Part shown: positions 20,118-29,993 of the stretch, one piece after another
How the letters are laid out: every line of letters begins with the position of its first letter
Position numbering within the stretch: position 1 is the stretch's first letter
Source of the DNA: a virus
IMG/VR virus record: IMGVR_UViG_3300021182_000253
DNA length: 64,000 nt
Strand: one strand, 5' to 3'
Position numbers and translations under genes: made by a program
Notes under the pieces: model-generated
Database searches by the model: none
Seen by the model: only the letters and a program-made list of their open reading frames with translations
What the model was told of the DNA's origin: nothing

Positions 20118-20915
20118 TTACCTAATTTCTACTTTAGCCCCAATAAACTCCAGCCCCTGTTTGGCAAGATCTGCATCCCATTTAGATATTCCTGATAGAA
20201 CATTCTTTGGTGCATTCTCAACCAATTCTTTTGAAGCTGCCAATGACAAATCAGTATTCTCCCTAACCCATCTAATAACACGAAGTTTATTCATTCCAAC
20301 TTCGGTAAGAACTACATCGAATTCGGTTTTATCTTCACACCCATACTTTCCATCAGCTGCTAAACATCCGTATGCAGGAGCAGCTCCGTAAATTGGAATA
20401 ACCTTATAATTTACTTCATTTGGTGAACCATCATCGATTGAACCATATACAAATTCAATCGGTGGGAAGTCTTTAGGCCATACCTCAAACAAGAATTCAA
20501 AATTCTTTTGTATCCTATCGTAAGCTGAATCAGGAACATTATGAACATTCCTTGATTTAGCTACATCGATATCGGTATCCATGCACTTCACTTCAACATC
20601 ACAACCATATACCTGGGCTATTCTTATATATGGTGAAACATCATGGATTCTAACATTGGTATTATCAACGATAACCGTATCTGGTCGTCTTTCAGGATCC
20701 CCACTAATAGGTCCAGGTTGGAATACATTTATAAATCTACGTAAACAATCCTCATGCCCCTTGTGAGCTTCTTCCACACTCCAATGGTAATTCCCATCGG
20801 GATCTGTGAAGTAGTTGTCAGATGATACTATAATCTTTGAGCCTTTAATTGCCTTTGCCCACGTACTTTTGCCTGAGCCTGGCAGGCCCATCATAATAAT
20901 AACTTTCATAAACAT
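20118..20915 (-). CDS. P-loop (AAA_33/PNK-like) kinase fused to ribosomal protein bL12 C-terminal domain
   Basis: N-terminal GLPGSGKST, VIVDNTN, RNVHNVP; C-terminal KTEFDVVL..VG.NKLRVIR.VR..TDLSL..SKELVE.AP..V..GISK.DA......LE..GAKVEIR. Confidence 0.85.
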   Translation of the reverse strand: MFMKVIIMMGLPGSGKSTWAKAIKGSKIIVSSDNYFTDPDGNYHWSVEEAHKGHEDCLRRFINVFQPGPISGDPERRPDTVIVDNTNVRIHDVSPYIRIAQVYGCDVEVKCMDTDIDVAKSRNVHNVPDSAYDRIQKNFEFLFEVWPKDFPPIEFVYGSIDDGSPNEVNYKVIPIYGAAPAYGCLAADGKYGCEDKTEFDVVLTEVGMNKLRVIRWVRENTDLSLAASKELVENAPKNVLSGISKWDADLAKQGLEFIGAKVEIR

Positions 20916-20954
20916 CCTTCTAGCGACCGCCCGCTAAACCCTTGTCGCTCTTTT

Positions 20955-21671
20955 CTATGGCTTTTTTGCTTCATCATCATCATTTTCGCGCTTCCAACGA
21001 GCACTCTGTTCATCGAGCGCTTTCTTATGCGACTCACGCGTATGCCATTCAAATGGCTTTATCATTCCAAGACCTCGCATCATCAGGAACACAGCAGTCC
21101 ACAATGACTCGGAAGAATGAATCTCTGCAGAGAATTGCCGATTGTTATCACTGAAATATCCAAACACACGCGATTCCGGAAACCCCTCGAAGTATACAGA
21201 ATTTAGAGGATCACCAGTGTAGTCTGGTTCAATTGGTGGCGTTGTATGAAATAGTCCAGAAAAATCTGCAGTAATTGGAGTTTTTGAATCTACAGACAAT
21301 TTCCAATTGTAGTAATTATCTCGCAATGTTAATTGTAACCCAATGTCCATACGAGTAAGTGAATACACTGGCAAACGAACACTCTTGGATCGGTGTTCGC
21401 TAATTACTACAGCACTTTCTCGACAATCGCTACGCGGCGGTGGTACCTTTGGCCTATCGTAATAAGATATCCCAGCCCAAAAGAGTGCTGAAATATCATC
21501 ACGAATGAAGTGTACTTGTTGAAGCCTTGGGCCATCTTTGCTTTTGGCGTAAATCAAATCCGTTTCTTTATGTTCTTCTAGCCACTTATCATACCAAATC
21601 TGAAGATGTTCACTCATGATTACTATCTTTCTGGTCTGTGCAATCATCTTGATCGATACCGCAGTAATCAC
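20955..21671 (-). CDS. Hypothetical protein
   Basis: 238 aa co-oriented ORF. Confidence 0.65.
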   Translation of the reverse strand: MITAVSIKMIAQTRKIVIMSEHLQIWYDKWLEEHKETDLIYAKSKDGPRLQQVHFIRDDISALFWAGISYYDRPKVPPPRSDCRESAVVISEHRSKSVRLPVYSLTRMDIGLQLTLRDNYYNWKLSVDSKTPITADFSGLFHTTPPIEPDYTGDPLNSVYFEGFPESRVFGYFSDNNRQFSAEIHSSESLWTAVFLMMRGLGMIKPFEWHTRESHKKALDEQSARWKRENDDDEAKKP

Positions 21672-21873
21672 ATATAGAACTGTCTGCAGCTACATGTCCG
21701 CCACATTTGACACACTTAAAACACAAAGGTAAACCCATTAATGAAAACTCAGGATCTCTACAAATGTAGCAATCACTTTTGTAAACTGTAGTTTTTGAAC
21801 ATTTACTAGGATCGTTGATACCTTCTAGCAGCATAAAATATGCTGGATCGGAAGTCTTTAAAGGAACGCTCAT
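21610..21873 (-). CDS. Cys-rich hypothetical protein
   Basis: Several CxxC pairs; start refined to MSVPL. Confidence 0.55.
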   Translation of the reverse strand: MSVPLKTSDPAYFMLLEGINDPSKCSKTTVYKSDCYICRDPEFSLMGLPLCFKCVKCGGHVAADSSICDYCGIDQDDCTDQKDSNHE

Positions 21874-21875
21874 TA

Positions 21876-22721
21876 TTACCTCTTTGAGAAAACGGTGCCC
21901 ATCGTTGGTACCCAAATATCCTGAGTCTGATCCCATGCAATGTATTCTGGAGAAAAATAGCTAAAGCCTCCATCGGCCCACAACTTACCCCACGAATTCT
22001 TTACCTTGAATTTTCCATTAACCCATCCAACAATCACTTGAGCATGACCACCTTCCGAATCGGTTGGAATGCCACAGACATACGGAGCTTTGATGTTGCT
22101 GAATGTCTTGCTAATCAGAGTCCCAAACACCACTGGGTGACGACCACGTAGTGCTGCTATGACCTCTGGAATACGATCATTACCAGTTTGCTTGATGCGA
22201 TAGTAACTATGAATGCGATGCCCAACGGCCTGGCGCATAGCTTTGATACTTGGTGGTATGAATACTTTTGTAACATCATACGGCCAAATTGTTTCATCAC
22301 AAATACCAAATCTACTTAATGTATCGAAGCAAAGGCGAATGAAAGTTCCTTGATCTTTATCAATCTGACCATGGCCACTTCCGTCATCATCCATAATAGA
22401 ACGGGCCATCGAATACACAAATAATCTTGATAGTTGAGGAACTGGGACTGGTGTGCGACCTTCTTTAGCAGCCCTATCTGCCTCTTCAATAGCCGAAACA
22501 ATTTCTACCGAATCTGCAGTAGAGTTGCCAGCACAAGCGGATAATTGATATTGATTGGTTGGCGTTGAGAATGGAGATAGATCAATATCACCACTGCTTG
22601 CCGAAACCAAGTAAGGCTTAAGCTGCGTTGTAAAATCTCTATCTTGTGCGAGAAGATCTCCATGCTTTGGATCTGGTTGATATCCGTATTTAATATCCAT
22701 GATCATTCTCCTTACTTGCAA
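21876..22721 (-). CDS. Papain-like C1 cysteine protease
   Basis: QYQLSAC (Gln and Cys), GGHAQVIVG (His), VKNSWG (Asn). Confidence 0.9.
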   Translation of the reverse strand: MQVRRMIMDIKYGYQPDPKHGDLLAQDRDFTTQLKPYLVSASSGDIDLSPFSTPTNQYQLSACAGNSTADSVEIVSAIEEADRAAKEGRTPVPVPQLSRLFVYSMARSIMDDDGSGHGQIDKDQGTFIRLCFDTLSRFGICDETIWPYDVTKVFIPPSIKAMRQAVGHRIHSYYRIKQTGNDRIPEVIAALRGRHPVVFGTLISKTFSNIKAPYVCGIPTDSEGGHAQVIVGWVNGKFKVKNSWGKLWADGGFSYFSPEYIAWDQTQDIWVPTMGTVFSKR

Positions 22722-23047
22722 GTGCTAGGATTTTTAGCTCTAGCCAATTCTATTTGATCACAACTCTGAACTTGCAAGACACAACGTGGGTTCATTGATA
22801 TGCCGCTGTCTTGAGTGATCTTACAAAATTCTGAACAGCTCTCATTCGGAACATCTTTTGGACCAGGCTTATCAGAATCATATACCGGATTGCCCTCTTC
22901 ACAATCCAGTCCGCCCTGCGCTTTTGGTCCAATATGCTGGCACATGGCCGCGCAAATATCAGAATCTATTGCCTTCGGCGTTTGGTTTACTGTATTTTGG
23001 TTACATGCACATCCCAATAGACACAATGCAAGTATGATGCTTTTCAT
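22712..23047 (-). CDS. Cys-rich putative lipoprotein
   Basis: Signal peptide with LLGC/AC lipobox-like sequence and many cysteines. Confidence 0.6.
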   Translation of the reverse strand: MKSIILALCLLGCACNQNTVNQTPKAIDSDICAAMCQHIGPKAQGGLDCEEGNPVYDSDKPGPKDVPNESCSEFCKITQDSGISMNPRCVLQVQSCDQIELARAKNPSTCK

Positions 23048-23235
23048 TTCATCTCCGTAATTGTAATCTTTGTCTCCGTCGATCCTCCTGGAAGAATCTT
23101 AATATGAATATTCCTATTATGCCAGGAAAATCTATAAATGAATTTGAATATATTTCTATTGCAAGATTGCCAAAGAATCTTTAGAGAGAAAAGATATACA
23201 TACATATATGCTAAAAAATATCTAGGCTTCATCAT
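23044..23235 (-). CDS. Hypothetical protein
   Basis: Coupled small ORF. Confidence 0.35.
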   Translation of the reverse strand: MMKPRYFLAYMYVYLFSLKILWQSCNRNIFKFIYRFSWHNRNIHIKILPGGSTETKITITEMK

Positions 23236-23531
23236 TTAATCACATCTTGTTCAATAAATCCATACTTAGCCATTCTACTATTCAAGCGTTCTTGCCCACC
23301 TTTAGCCAGGAACTTTTGGTATTTTTCCATACCAATATTGTATCCTTCTTCATCATATAAGAAACCCTCTTGATCTTCTGTTTCGGCAATGGCGGTTATT
23401 GCAAGCTGCCTCTTGTTATTACGATCAATATCAACAACCATAGCCAAGCCTAGAGGATGAAGAACCTTTCGATTGATTTCAAATATCAAACCATTATCTA
23501 TTAGGTATTTAGGATACTTACTTGATTCCAT
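23232..23531 (-). CDS. Hypothetical protein
   Basis: 99 aa coupled ORF. Confidence 0.6.
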   Translation of the reverse strand: MESSKYPKYLIDNGLIFEINRKVLHPLGLAMVVDIDRNNKRQLAITAIAETEDQEGFLYDEEGYNIGMEKYQKFLAKGGQERLNSRMAKYGFIEQDVIK

Positions 23532-25002
23532 CTGATCCTTTTAGTGGACGAACTTCACCATGAAGTCTCTTATATATACTATCAACAACCCTACGGCGAA
23601 CCCTTTGCAGATTCACAAGAGAATACATCTCGTAATGAGGTGGTATTCTAAAATGAGTAACTCTTACCTGGGTATTTTGAGGTACAGTACTCTTCATTTT
23701 TATATTGGAAAATGTATAATATTCTACTTCTGATAATAATGACTTACCACTTTCATCAGTAATATCGCAAAGCAAACCAATGAAGCATGGACCGTTGCAC
23801 TTAGCCCCCACGAATATCTCGTAGGTATTATTGGAAACAAGTCCACTTTCTCTTACGTATGAGTTGTATTCGCTGGTTCCCAAAAACAGATTTAGGCAGG
23901 GATCGAGTAGAGAAAATACTTCAATGAGATGACCTTCGTCATCTACCACCTCAAATGGCAAACGGCTTTCAATAAGCTGAATATACTTTTGGAAAATCAA
24001 ACTTTGTATTGGCCGTTCACCAAGCGATTTACCATGGATAAGATATCCAATCATTCCTGCAGGATCTTGATTAAGAAGAGATTCGAATGCTTGGTACATC
24101 AAATACTTTTTGATAATCTTAGACATTGGCAACTTTGAAAAATTTGCCTTCTGAGCAGAAATAACAGACTTAGCAATCTTCAATTCCCTATTATATTTTT
24201 CCGTTTGCTCAATTTTGATATCTGGATTTATCTCTTGCGCATCCAGTCTGTCTTGAAATTCAGGAACGTGTGAACCATATGAATTGCTAATCGGAGCATT
24301 CAAACTCACAGTAGAACCAGAGCTTTGTCCTAAAGGATGCGCCATCGCATCCAGCTCAGGCATTATTCCAAACCAAGAGCAGGTATCGTATGGGCAACTA
24401 ACTCGAATTGACTCGTTGGATTTCAAATACGATTCTGGAATGAATCTTTCGCATCCAGGACATCTACAACCTCTCCTAGAATGTATTGAAAATACCTTCC
24501 TAAGTCTGTAGGCGTATTCATCCCTGGAGCCTCTATTCTTGGTAGTTTCAAGCCGAATACTTTCTTGAGTACATGTTTGGCAACGAAGCATCTTCCCGTC
24601 ATAGACCAAATATTCGCGCTCCCCCAACGCCTTACAGGCTGGACAAATTGGAATTGAGATCTTCTTTATGAAATCTACATCTGACTTCAGACTATCAGCT
24701 AATTTTGAAAGGCAGGTGAGAAGATAAGGTCCAATGCTTCTACCAGATCTCCAGTGCTGGCTCTTGAATATAAATGTGTATATACCTTTGCGCAGGGTGG
24801 TAGCTGCATATTCCTTGAATGCAGATAAAGCAACACCATGTCCAGCTCCATAGACATAAGATGAAAGGGTATGGACCCTTGAAGAAAAATGATCCATCAA
24901 TTCATCAACTAACGAATCAGGAACATTTTCCCATGATCTAATGTCGTCTTCAGCTAGCTTTGATGCATTACTATTGATGTTATTGATTGGATTGATTTCC
25001 AA
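23518..25002 (-). CDS. Hypothetical protein with Zn-binding modules; possibly a divergent sigma-like factor
   Basis: CPAC/CQTC/CPGC/CPYDTC; VSLNAPI...EFQDRL resembles sigma region 3. Confidence 0.6.
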   Translation of the reverse strand: MEINPINNINSNASKLAEDDIRSWENVPDSLVDELMDHFSSRVHTLSSYVYGAGHGVALSAFKEYAATTLRKGIYTFIFKSQHWRSGRSIGPYLLTCLSKLADSLKSDVDFIKKISIPICPACKALGEREYLVYDGKMLRCQTCTQESIRLETTKNRGSRDEYAYRLRKVFSIHSRRGCRCPGCERFIPESYLKSNESIRVSCPYDTCSWFGIMPELDAMAHPLGQSSGSTVSLNAPISNSYGSHVPEFQDRLDAQEINPDIKIEQTEKYNRELKIAKSVISAQKANFSKLPMSKIIKKYLMYQAFESLLNQDPAGMIGYLIHGKSLGERPIQSLIFQKYIQLIESRLPFEVVDDEGHLIEVFSLLDPCLNLFLGTSEYNSYVRESGLVSNNTYEIFVGAKCNGPCFIGLLCDITDESGKSLLSEVEYYTFSNIKMKSTVPQNTQVRVTHFRIPPHYEMYSLVNLQRVRRRVVDSIYKRLHGEVRPLKGSDGIK

Positions 25003-25194
25003 ATTACACCGAATAAATTATATAGAGATACCAAGGATAGTAAATCTATCCGTCCGCGTAGCATCTCTCGACGGCCATCTTCAGGCCATCAATATTCCGA
25101 GTATATAGAAGCTAGAGATAGTGCCCAAGCAAACAGCTCGAAACTTGTTGCATACTGCACCAAAGCCTATCGTGTTGCAACCATGGATGTTTTA

Positions 25195-25584
25195 TCAAAA
25201 AGAAACACCGTACTTTCGTTGGCGTTCTGCCGTAATTTCGGTGGGGGTAAACCCTACATAATCTCCAATGCTTAGGCCTAAATTGGCCGCAGTACCAGCA
25301 GGAAGCTCAACTACAAGATCTGCCGGCTCGTTAGGCCCAACCAATTTCGTCGAAAATGGCTCTCCTTTAAATATTCCGACAACACAATTTCCTCTACAGA
25401 ATACGATGTCTAATGGACTTATGGTATTCTTCATCCAGAATTTCCTGGTGGCTGCACGTCTGTATGGAAACGCCATAATTGGAGGTGGCCATTTTTGATA
25501 CATCAATCCCTGACATTGCTCAGATTCAGTAACAGCAACTAGAGTAGGAAATACTTGACCCTTGATACTGATTACATCACTCAT
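25195..25584 (-). CDS. DUF192 family protein
   Basis: QGLMY, FWMKNTISPLDIVF, VVELPAG. Confidence 0.88.
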   Translation of the reverse strand: MSDVISIKGQVFPTLVAVTESEQCQGLMYQKWPPPIMAFPYRRAATRKFWMKNTISPLDIVFCRGNCVVGIFKGEPFSTKLVGPNEPADLVVELPAGTAANLGLSIGDYVGFTPTEITAERQRKYGVSF

Positions 25585-27469
25585 TCTTTCCTTCTAATGT
25601 ATTGGATGTTTCAGTAATTGAACCTTCTAATTCATGAAGCTTTTGAATACCCATTCGATCAGTTTCCAAATATCTCTGCATCATTCTCAAAGCATTGATA
25701 TCAAGAGTTGGAATTAAATCATATGGCATTCTATCATGCTTCTGCTTTCGATAAGCCTTCTCAATTCTCATGCTTGAGTTATACATATCTGCTAAATCTG
25801 CAAGAGCTTCATAGCAATTAATTAGTGAATCATAAAATAATTCGCTAGTAGCTGATAAGCGTCTGAAATTCAAATGTCTATCTTCAAGCGTATCCATCAT
25901 ACCCTGCAAACCATTTCTGGCCTGACGAATGTTTCGGCTAATCATCAATCGTAGATTCCTATCTCGTCTAGGTATGATGTGAGTAATCATACGTTTAATG
26001 AATCTAGAAGCCGAAGTACTTGCTTGAGAAATCTTAGCCGTTGTAATATCTCGATACTTAGAAAATTCTGCCTTGGCAAAATTATCAGCTTGTGAATTTA
26101 CATCGCCTTCATTTATTGTTGTAACATCCGGTGGTTGTACAGATGCCATATATTCAATTGATTTTATAGCACCAACAGATTTCAAAAATTCAAGATAATC
26201 AAATTCGTAATCTTCACCATTACGAATTTTTGATACCATCAACTCTCCAAGCTTATAAGCTGTTCGATATTCTTGTTTAACTCTAGAACCCCATGGCTCT
26301 GCTAAGTTGCTCAGAATAACATCATGAGACTCTCTAATTAGAGCATCAACATTACCATATAGATATTTAGCTATTTCTCGATAGCGATTTTCATATTGAG
26401 CCTGCTCAAAATCAGAATCAATAAATTCACTCTTTGGAGCTTCTGGTACTGGAGCTACAGGGATTTTCCTCTTCCTTCTAGTTCTGCCAGGACTTACTCT
26501 TCGCGATGGAGTGGAAGCTTTCTCTGGTTCTGCTGCTACCTCTGGTGATGGCTCTTTTGATAGCTCCTTCTTCAAATCTTCTTCTGAAGGAAGTTTGATT
26601 GGCTTATCGCTCAATGGAGGTTTATCATCTTTGGTTTTTGGAACCGCTTCCGGAAGCGGTTCATTGATAACGCTTTGTGCATCATCTATTCCCTCAAGAA
26701 TAACCTTTCTCTGAGTAGAATATATAAGTGGCTTTACTTTCTCTGGTTTTTTCTTCAGCTCTTCTTTCAATGTTTCCAATTGATTATTTGTGGAAACTAA
26801 CATTTCTTCTATGTTTTTTCTGAACTCTCCGAAGAATGAAGATTTAGCATCGCTGTACAATTGTTTAGCGATATAAATAGAATCTAGCAATGAAGACTCA
26901 CCCATAGTAAGAACGTTATCTTCAATATCCCTAAGATTTTTATCTATTCTTGCTAGTGACTTCAATAAATATAGTCTTTGCCCACGATTCTTTTCACTTA
27001 CAAAAGGATTATAGGCTGTTATGTAAGTCCATATTCTTGTTAGCGGATTACTTGCCGTCTTTAAAAACTCATCCACAACTGCAGCCGCTGCTACCTGTTG
27101 AGCATTATCATTGGAAGGTACAACAGGCGTTGGAGCTTGCTCTTGAACTTGCTTTAATTTATCAGCTCTTTGGGTACGAGATACTGAATAATTATCCTGC
27201 AATGCTTTGATTTGTCGAAGTGTTTGAATAATATCTGATAACTCTTGGACAGCAGAATCCCCAGTTGTAGGAATTACATCTGGAATTGGCTGCGTAAGAT
27301 TGAACTTATCAACACCAAGATCTGGCGATGGGCCACCATTCCATCCCTTCTTCAAAGCAATTAGTAGGGTTATAAGCTTAGAGGTACGCCTATTTATCAA
27401 ATCCTTGCTATTGACAATTGCCTTTTGCTGAGGATTTTTTCTTTCCTGTCTAGCGTAAACTTCGATCAT
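25577..27469 (-). CDS. Large hypothetical protein with Pro/Lys-rich linker
   Basis: 630 aa ORF. Confidence 0.75.
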   Translation of the reverse strand: MIEVYARQERKNPQQKAIVNSKDLINRRTSKLITLLIALKKGWNGGPSPDLGVDKFNLTQPIPDVIPTTGDSAVQELSDIIQTLRQIKALQDNYSVSRTQRADKLKQVQEQAPTPVVPSNDNAQQVAAAAVVDEFLKTASNPLTRIWTYITAYNPFVSEKNRGQRLYLLKSLARIDKNLRDIEDNVLTMGESSLLDSIYIAKQLYSDAKSSFFGEFRKNIEEMLVSTNNQLETLKEELKKKPEKVKPLIYSTQRKVILEGIDDAQSVINEPLPEAVPKTKDDKPPLSDKPIKLPSEEDLKKELSKEPSPEVAAEPEKASTPSRRVSPGRTRRKRKIPVAPVPEAPKSEFIDSDFEQAQYENRYREIAKYLYGNVDALIRESHDVILSNLAEPWGSRVKQEYRTAYKLGELMVSKIRNGEDYEFDYLEFLKSVGAIKSIEYMASVQPPDVTTINEGDVNSQADNFAKAEFSKYRDITTAKISQASTSASRFIKRMITHIIPRRDRNLRLMISRNIRQARNGLQGMMDTLEDRHLNFRRLSATSELFYDSLINCYEALADLADMYNSSMRIEKAYRKQKHDRMPYDLIPTLDINALRMMQRYLETDRMGIQKLHELEGSITETSNTLEGKNE

Positions 27470-27496
27470 ACACTAATGTTTAAATACACCCTAAAT

Positions 27497-27772
27497 TTAC
27501 CAAAGTAGAGGGATACCTGTCTTTCTAGATTTACCGCATCTGGTACATATTCTAGTCAAACCATCAGCGGATTCCAGATCATAGAATTTTCTTATTGTCA
27601 TTTTTCTAGACTTGCTGAAAATAGGCTTATAATCTTCTTTGATATTTATAGGTATTTTGAATTTTATGTTTTCACGTATTAAAAATACCGCCATTGAAGA
27701 ATCTGCATAACACCTAGAACAACGAACTCGATTAGCTAGCAACCTAATTTTGTTGGATATCCAATTATTCAT
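27497..27772 (-). CDS. Hypothetical Zn-ribbon protein
   Basis: CSRC...CTRC; start refined to MNNWIS. Confidence 0.5.
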   Translation of the reverse strand: MNNWISNKIRLLANRVRCSRCYADSSMAVFLIRENIKFKIPINIKEDYKPIFSKSRKMTIRKFYDLESADGLTRICTRCGKSRKTGIPLLW

Positions 27773-28475
27773 CTGTTTCTTCATCTGATTCTTCGGTATC
27801 CTCAGCAACATCTTCAACGTTATTGGTACTACCCTTCTTAACTTCCCTCTTGAGCAGTTCTGGTTGTTTTTTTGCTGTAGGTAGAATTTTATCTATCAAG
27901 CCATATTCGAGGGCTTCATTTGCTGATAGATACTTATCCATCTTAGTATCTCTTTTAATCTTGGCTTTGGTATGTCCAGTGTGTCTTGCCAGTATCTCGG
28001 TAAGACGATCTTGAAGTTCTTTGAGTTCTTTTGTGCCTATTTCTATTTCGGCATTTGAGCCAGCCAGACCTTCGACTTGAATTTGGTGAATCATGATTCT
28101 GGCATTAGGCATTGCGTAACGCATACCCGCCGACCCCGAGGCTAGAAGTATTGCCGACGCCGAACTTGCTTCGCCAATACAAACCGTCTCTACCGGGGCC
28201 TTGACTCTCTGAATCATATCATAAATAGCAAAGAAACCCTGAGCTAACCCGCCGGGACTATTGATCCATAGCTTTATTTTCTGCTCGCTATTTTCCCTGT
28301 CTAGTAAAAATATCAATGAGGTAATTTCACTAGTAACTTCCTCGTCTATTTCACAATCTAAACAAATCACTCGGTCTTTCATCAGCCGAGATGACACATC
28401 GTATATCCGTTCTCCGTCCTTAGTCTTCTCAAAAAAAATTGGATTAAGATTGGTTTTCCGCATATTTAGCCTCAA
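27765..28475 (-). CDS. clpP: ATP-dependent Clp protease proteolytic subunit
   Basis: YDVSSRLMKDRVI, INSPGG, ASSAS (Ser), RIMIHQ (His), DKYLSANEALEYGLIDKI (Asp). Confidence 0.95.
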   Translation of the reverse strand: MRLNMRKTNLNPIFFEKTKDGERIYDVSSRLMKDRVICLDCEIDEEVTSEITSLIFLLDRENSEQKIKLWINSPGGLAQGFFAIYDMIQRVKAPVETVCIGEASSASAILLASGSAGMRYAMPNARIMIHQIQVEGLAGSNAEIEIGTKELKELQDRLTEILARHTGHTKAKIKRDTKMDKYLSANEALEYGLIDKILPTAKKQPELLKREVKKGSTNNVEDVAEDTEESDEETDE

Positions 28476-28544
28476 CGAGATACTGCGTTATTGCTCTGTA
28501 GGTTCAAGACGGCATATATTCCAATATACCTGTAATTATCAACT

Positions 28545-28895
28545 CTATCTGCGCACTTCTGAGAGTTCTGCACAACACACACAAATGGTTACACCTGGAA
28601 TAGCCTCCAGGCGTTTTACTTCGATCGGCTCTCCGCACTCAGAACAATCCCCATATTCGCCTCTTGATATCATCTCAATCGCCTCATCGATTATCCTAAG
28701 CTTCGTAAGATTGTTTTTTGACAATCGATTCTGAATATTGACCAAGCTTTGTCCTTGAAGTTGATCAACGGCATCTCCATCAATATCAATTTCATAATCA
28801 GAATTCTCAAGCGTTCTAATAATCTGCGCTCTAAGCTCTGAGTATTTCTTCAACAGGTTTTTCTTCTCTCGTACTTTCATGTTCTCCTTTTGCAT
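28545..28895 (-). CDS. TraR/DksA C4-type zinc finger protein
   Basis: GEYGDCSECGEPIEVKRLEAIPGVTICVCC. Confidence 0.9.
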   Translation of the reverse strand: MQKENMKVREKKNLLKKYSELRAQIIRTLENSDYEIDIDGDAVDQLQGQSLVNIQNRLSKNNLTKLRIIDEAIEMISRGEYGDCSECGEPIEVKRLEAIPGVTICVCCAELSEVRR

Positions 28896-28962
28896 TCACC
28901 GCGATATTGGCTCTCGACACTTTAGAATATGCATAGACCTATCAGCCGGCCAATGCCTTAAA

Positions 28963-28998
28963 CAGCAAAAGCCGGAGTGGTTAGCTCCGGCTTTGCTG
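28963..28998 (-). terminator. Intrinsic terminator
   Basis: CAGCAAAAGCCGGAG...CTCCGGCTTTGCTG hairpin downstream of the 29017-29598 ORF. Confidence 0.7.
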
Positions 28999-29016
28999 GG
29001 CGATTAGCTTTGCTGA

Positions 29017-29598
29017 TTACGCAGATGCTCGCTTGATCACTTTGAGGTCTTCTGCCCTTATAGCCTCGGCCTTCTTCAGCTTCGGTTTTGGCGTCTTGAC
29101 ATTCTTGTCAGCACGCTCATCAAAGAGAATCGAGAAAAGATCATCGTCTTGATATGTTACACCATTGGCAGTAAAGCCTTTGATGCCGTTTCCGTAAACG
29201 ATCCATCCGTGATACTCGGCCTTGACGGAAGTCGTCGTCGGACGAAATAGAGATGCAGGAACTGTAACGCTAATGCGTGAAGAATCCGACACTCCAGTGC
29301 CTTTGACTAGATAGAATCCTTGGCCACCCCCAACATCTTGCGAAGCAATTCTAGCACCAGATGGGTCAAAGATATTTTGCCCATATTCAACTGTGATTGA
29401 CTTGCTATCGATACCTTCATGAGCTTTTGTAAAGCTACCGATAGCCGAATCTGCATCATCAGCTTGCACGCAGCCCATTACGATCTTCTTGTTTAGTAAT
29501 GCTGAACAAACAAAGAACTTTGCTCTGGGGCCACGGGTTCCCTTTTCACCCTTCATGCCCTGTTCGGTGTTCTCAATTGCGTTATCTGAGTGAGACAT
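29017..29598 (-). CDS. Hypothetical protein
   Basis: 193 aa with a good RBS and a terminator. Confidence 0.7.
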   Translation of the reverse strand: MSHSDNAIENTEQGMKGEKGTRGPRAKFFVCSALLNKKIVMGCVQADDADSAIGSFTKAHEGIDSKSITVEYGQNIFDPSGARIASQDVGGGQGFYLVKGTGVSDSSRISVTVPASLFRPTTTSVKAEYHGWIVYGNGIKGFTANGVTYQDDDLFSILFDERADKNVKTPKPKLKKAEAIRAEDLKVIKRASA

Positions 29599-29647
29599 AC
29601 ACTACTCCGTTCTGTCTTTGAATTAGGCTTATCGCCCAGTATTCGTG

Positions 29648-29676
29648 ATATTACTCAATTCGAAGATTAGAGTCAA
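29648..29676 (-). promoter_or_regulatory. sigma70-like promoter
   Basis: TTGACT-N17-TAATAT on the minus strand. Confidence 0.55.
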
Positions 29677-29993
29677 GAATTATCATCATCCTTTTGTCGA
29701 AAACGTTCTTGGCGATCCTGAATAAGACTGGTGAATGCTTCGTGTGGATGAAACTTGACCGACTTTATCGAGCGTAACTTCCTTATCATACCTGTGCGTA
29801 CATTGTACGCAAGATGAGCCCTACGTACATGTGGGCTCAAGGTACCAAACCTACGTGCAGTAACCACCTGATCATTCACCAAGTCATTGGCGATCTGCTC
29901 AATGATTATACCGACCGCTTGGTAAATTTTACGATGCGAAATGCTGCCGCCCAATCTTTCATGGATGGCATTCGCTAAATCAACTCGATTCAT
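29673..29993 (-). CDS. HU/IHF-like DNA-binding protein
   Basis: MNRVDLANAI...RFGTLSPHVRRAHLAYNVRTG...VKFHP. Confidence 0.8.
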   Translation of the reverse strand: MNRVDLANAIHERLGGSISHRKIYQAVGIIIEQIANDLVNDQVVTARRFGTLSPHVRRAHLAYNVRTGMIRKLRSIKSVKFHPHEAFTSLIQDRQERFRQKDDDNS

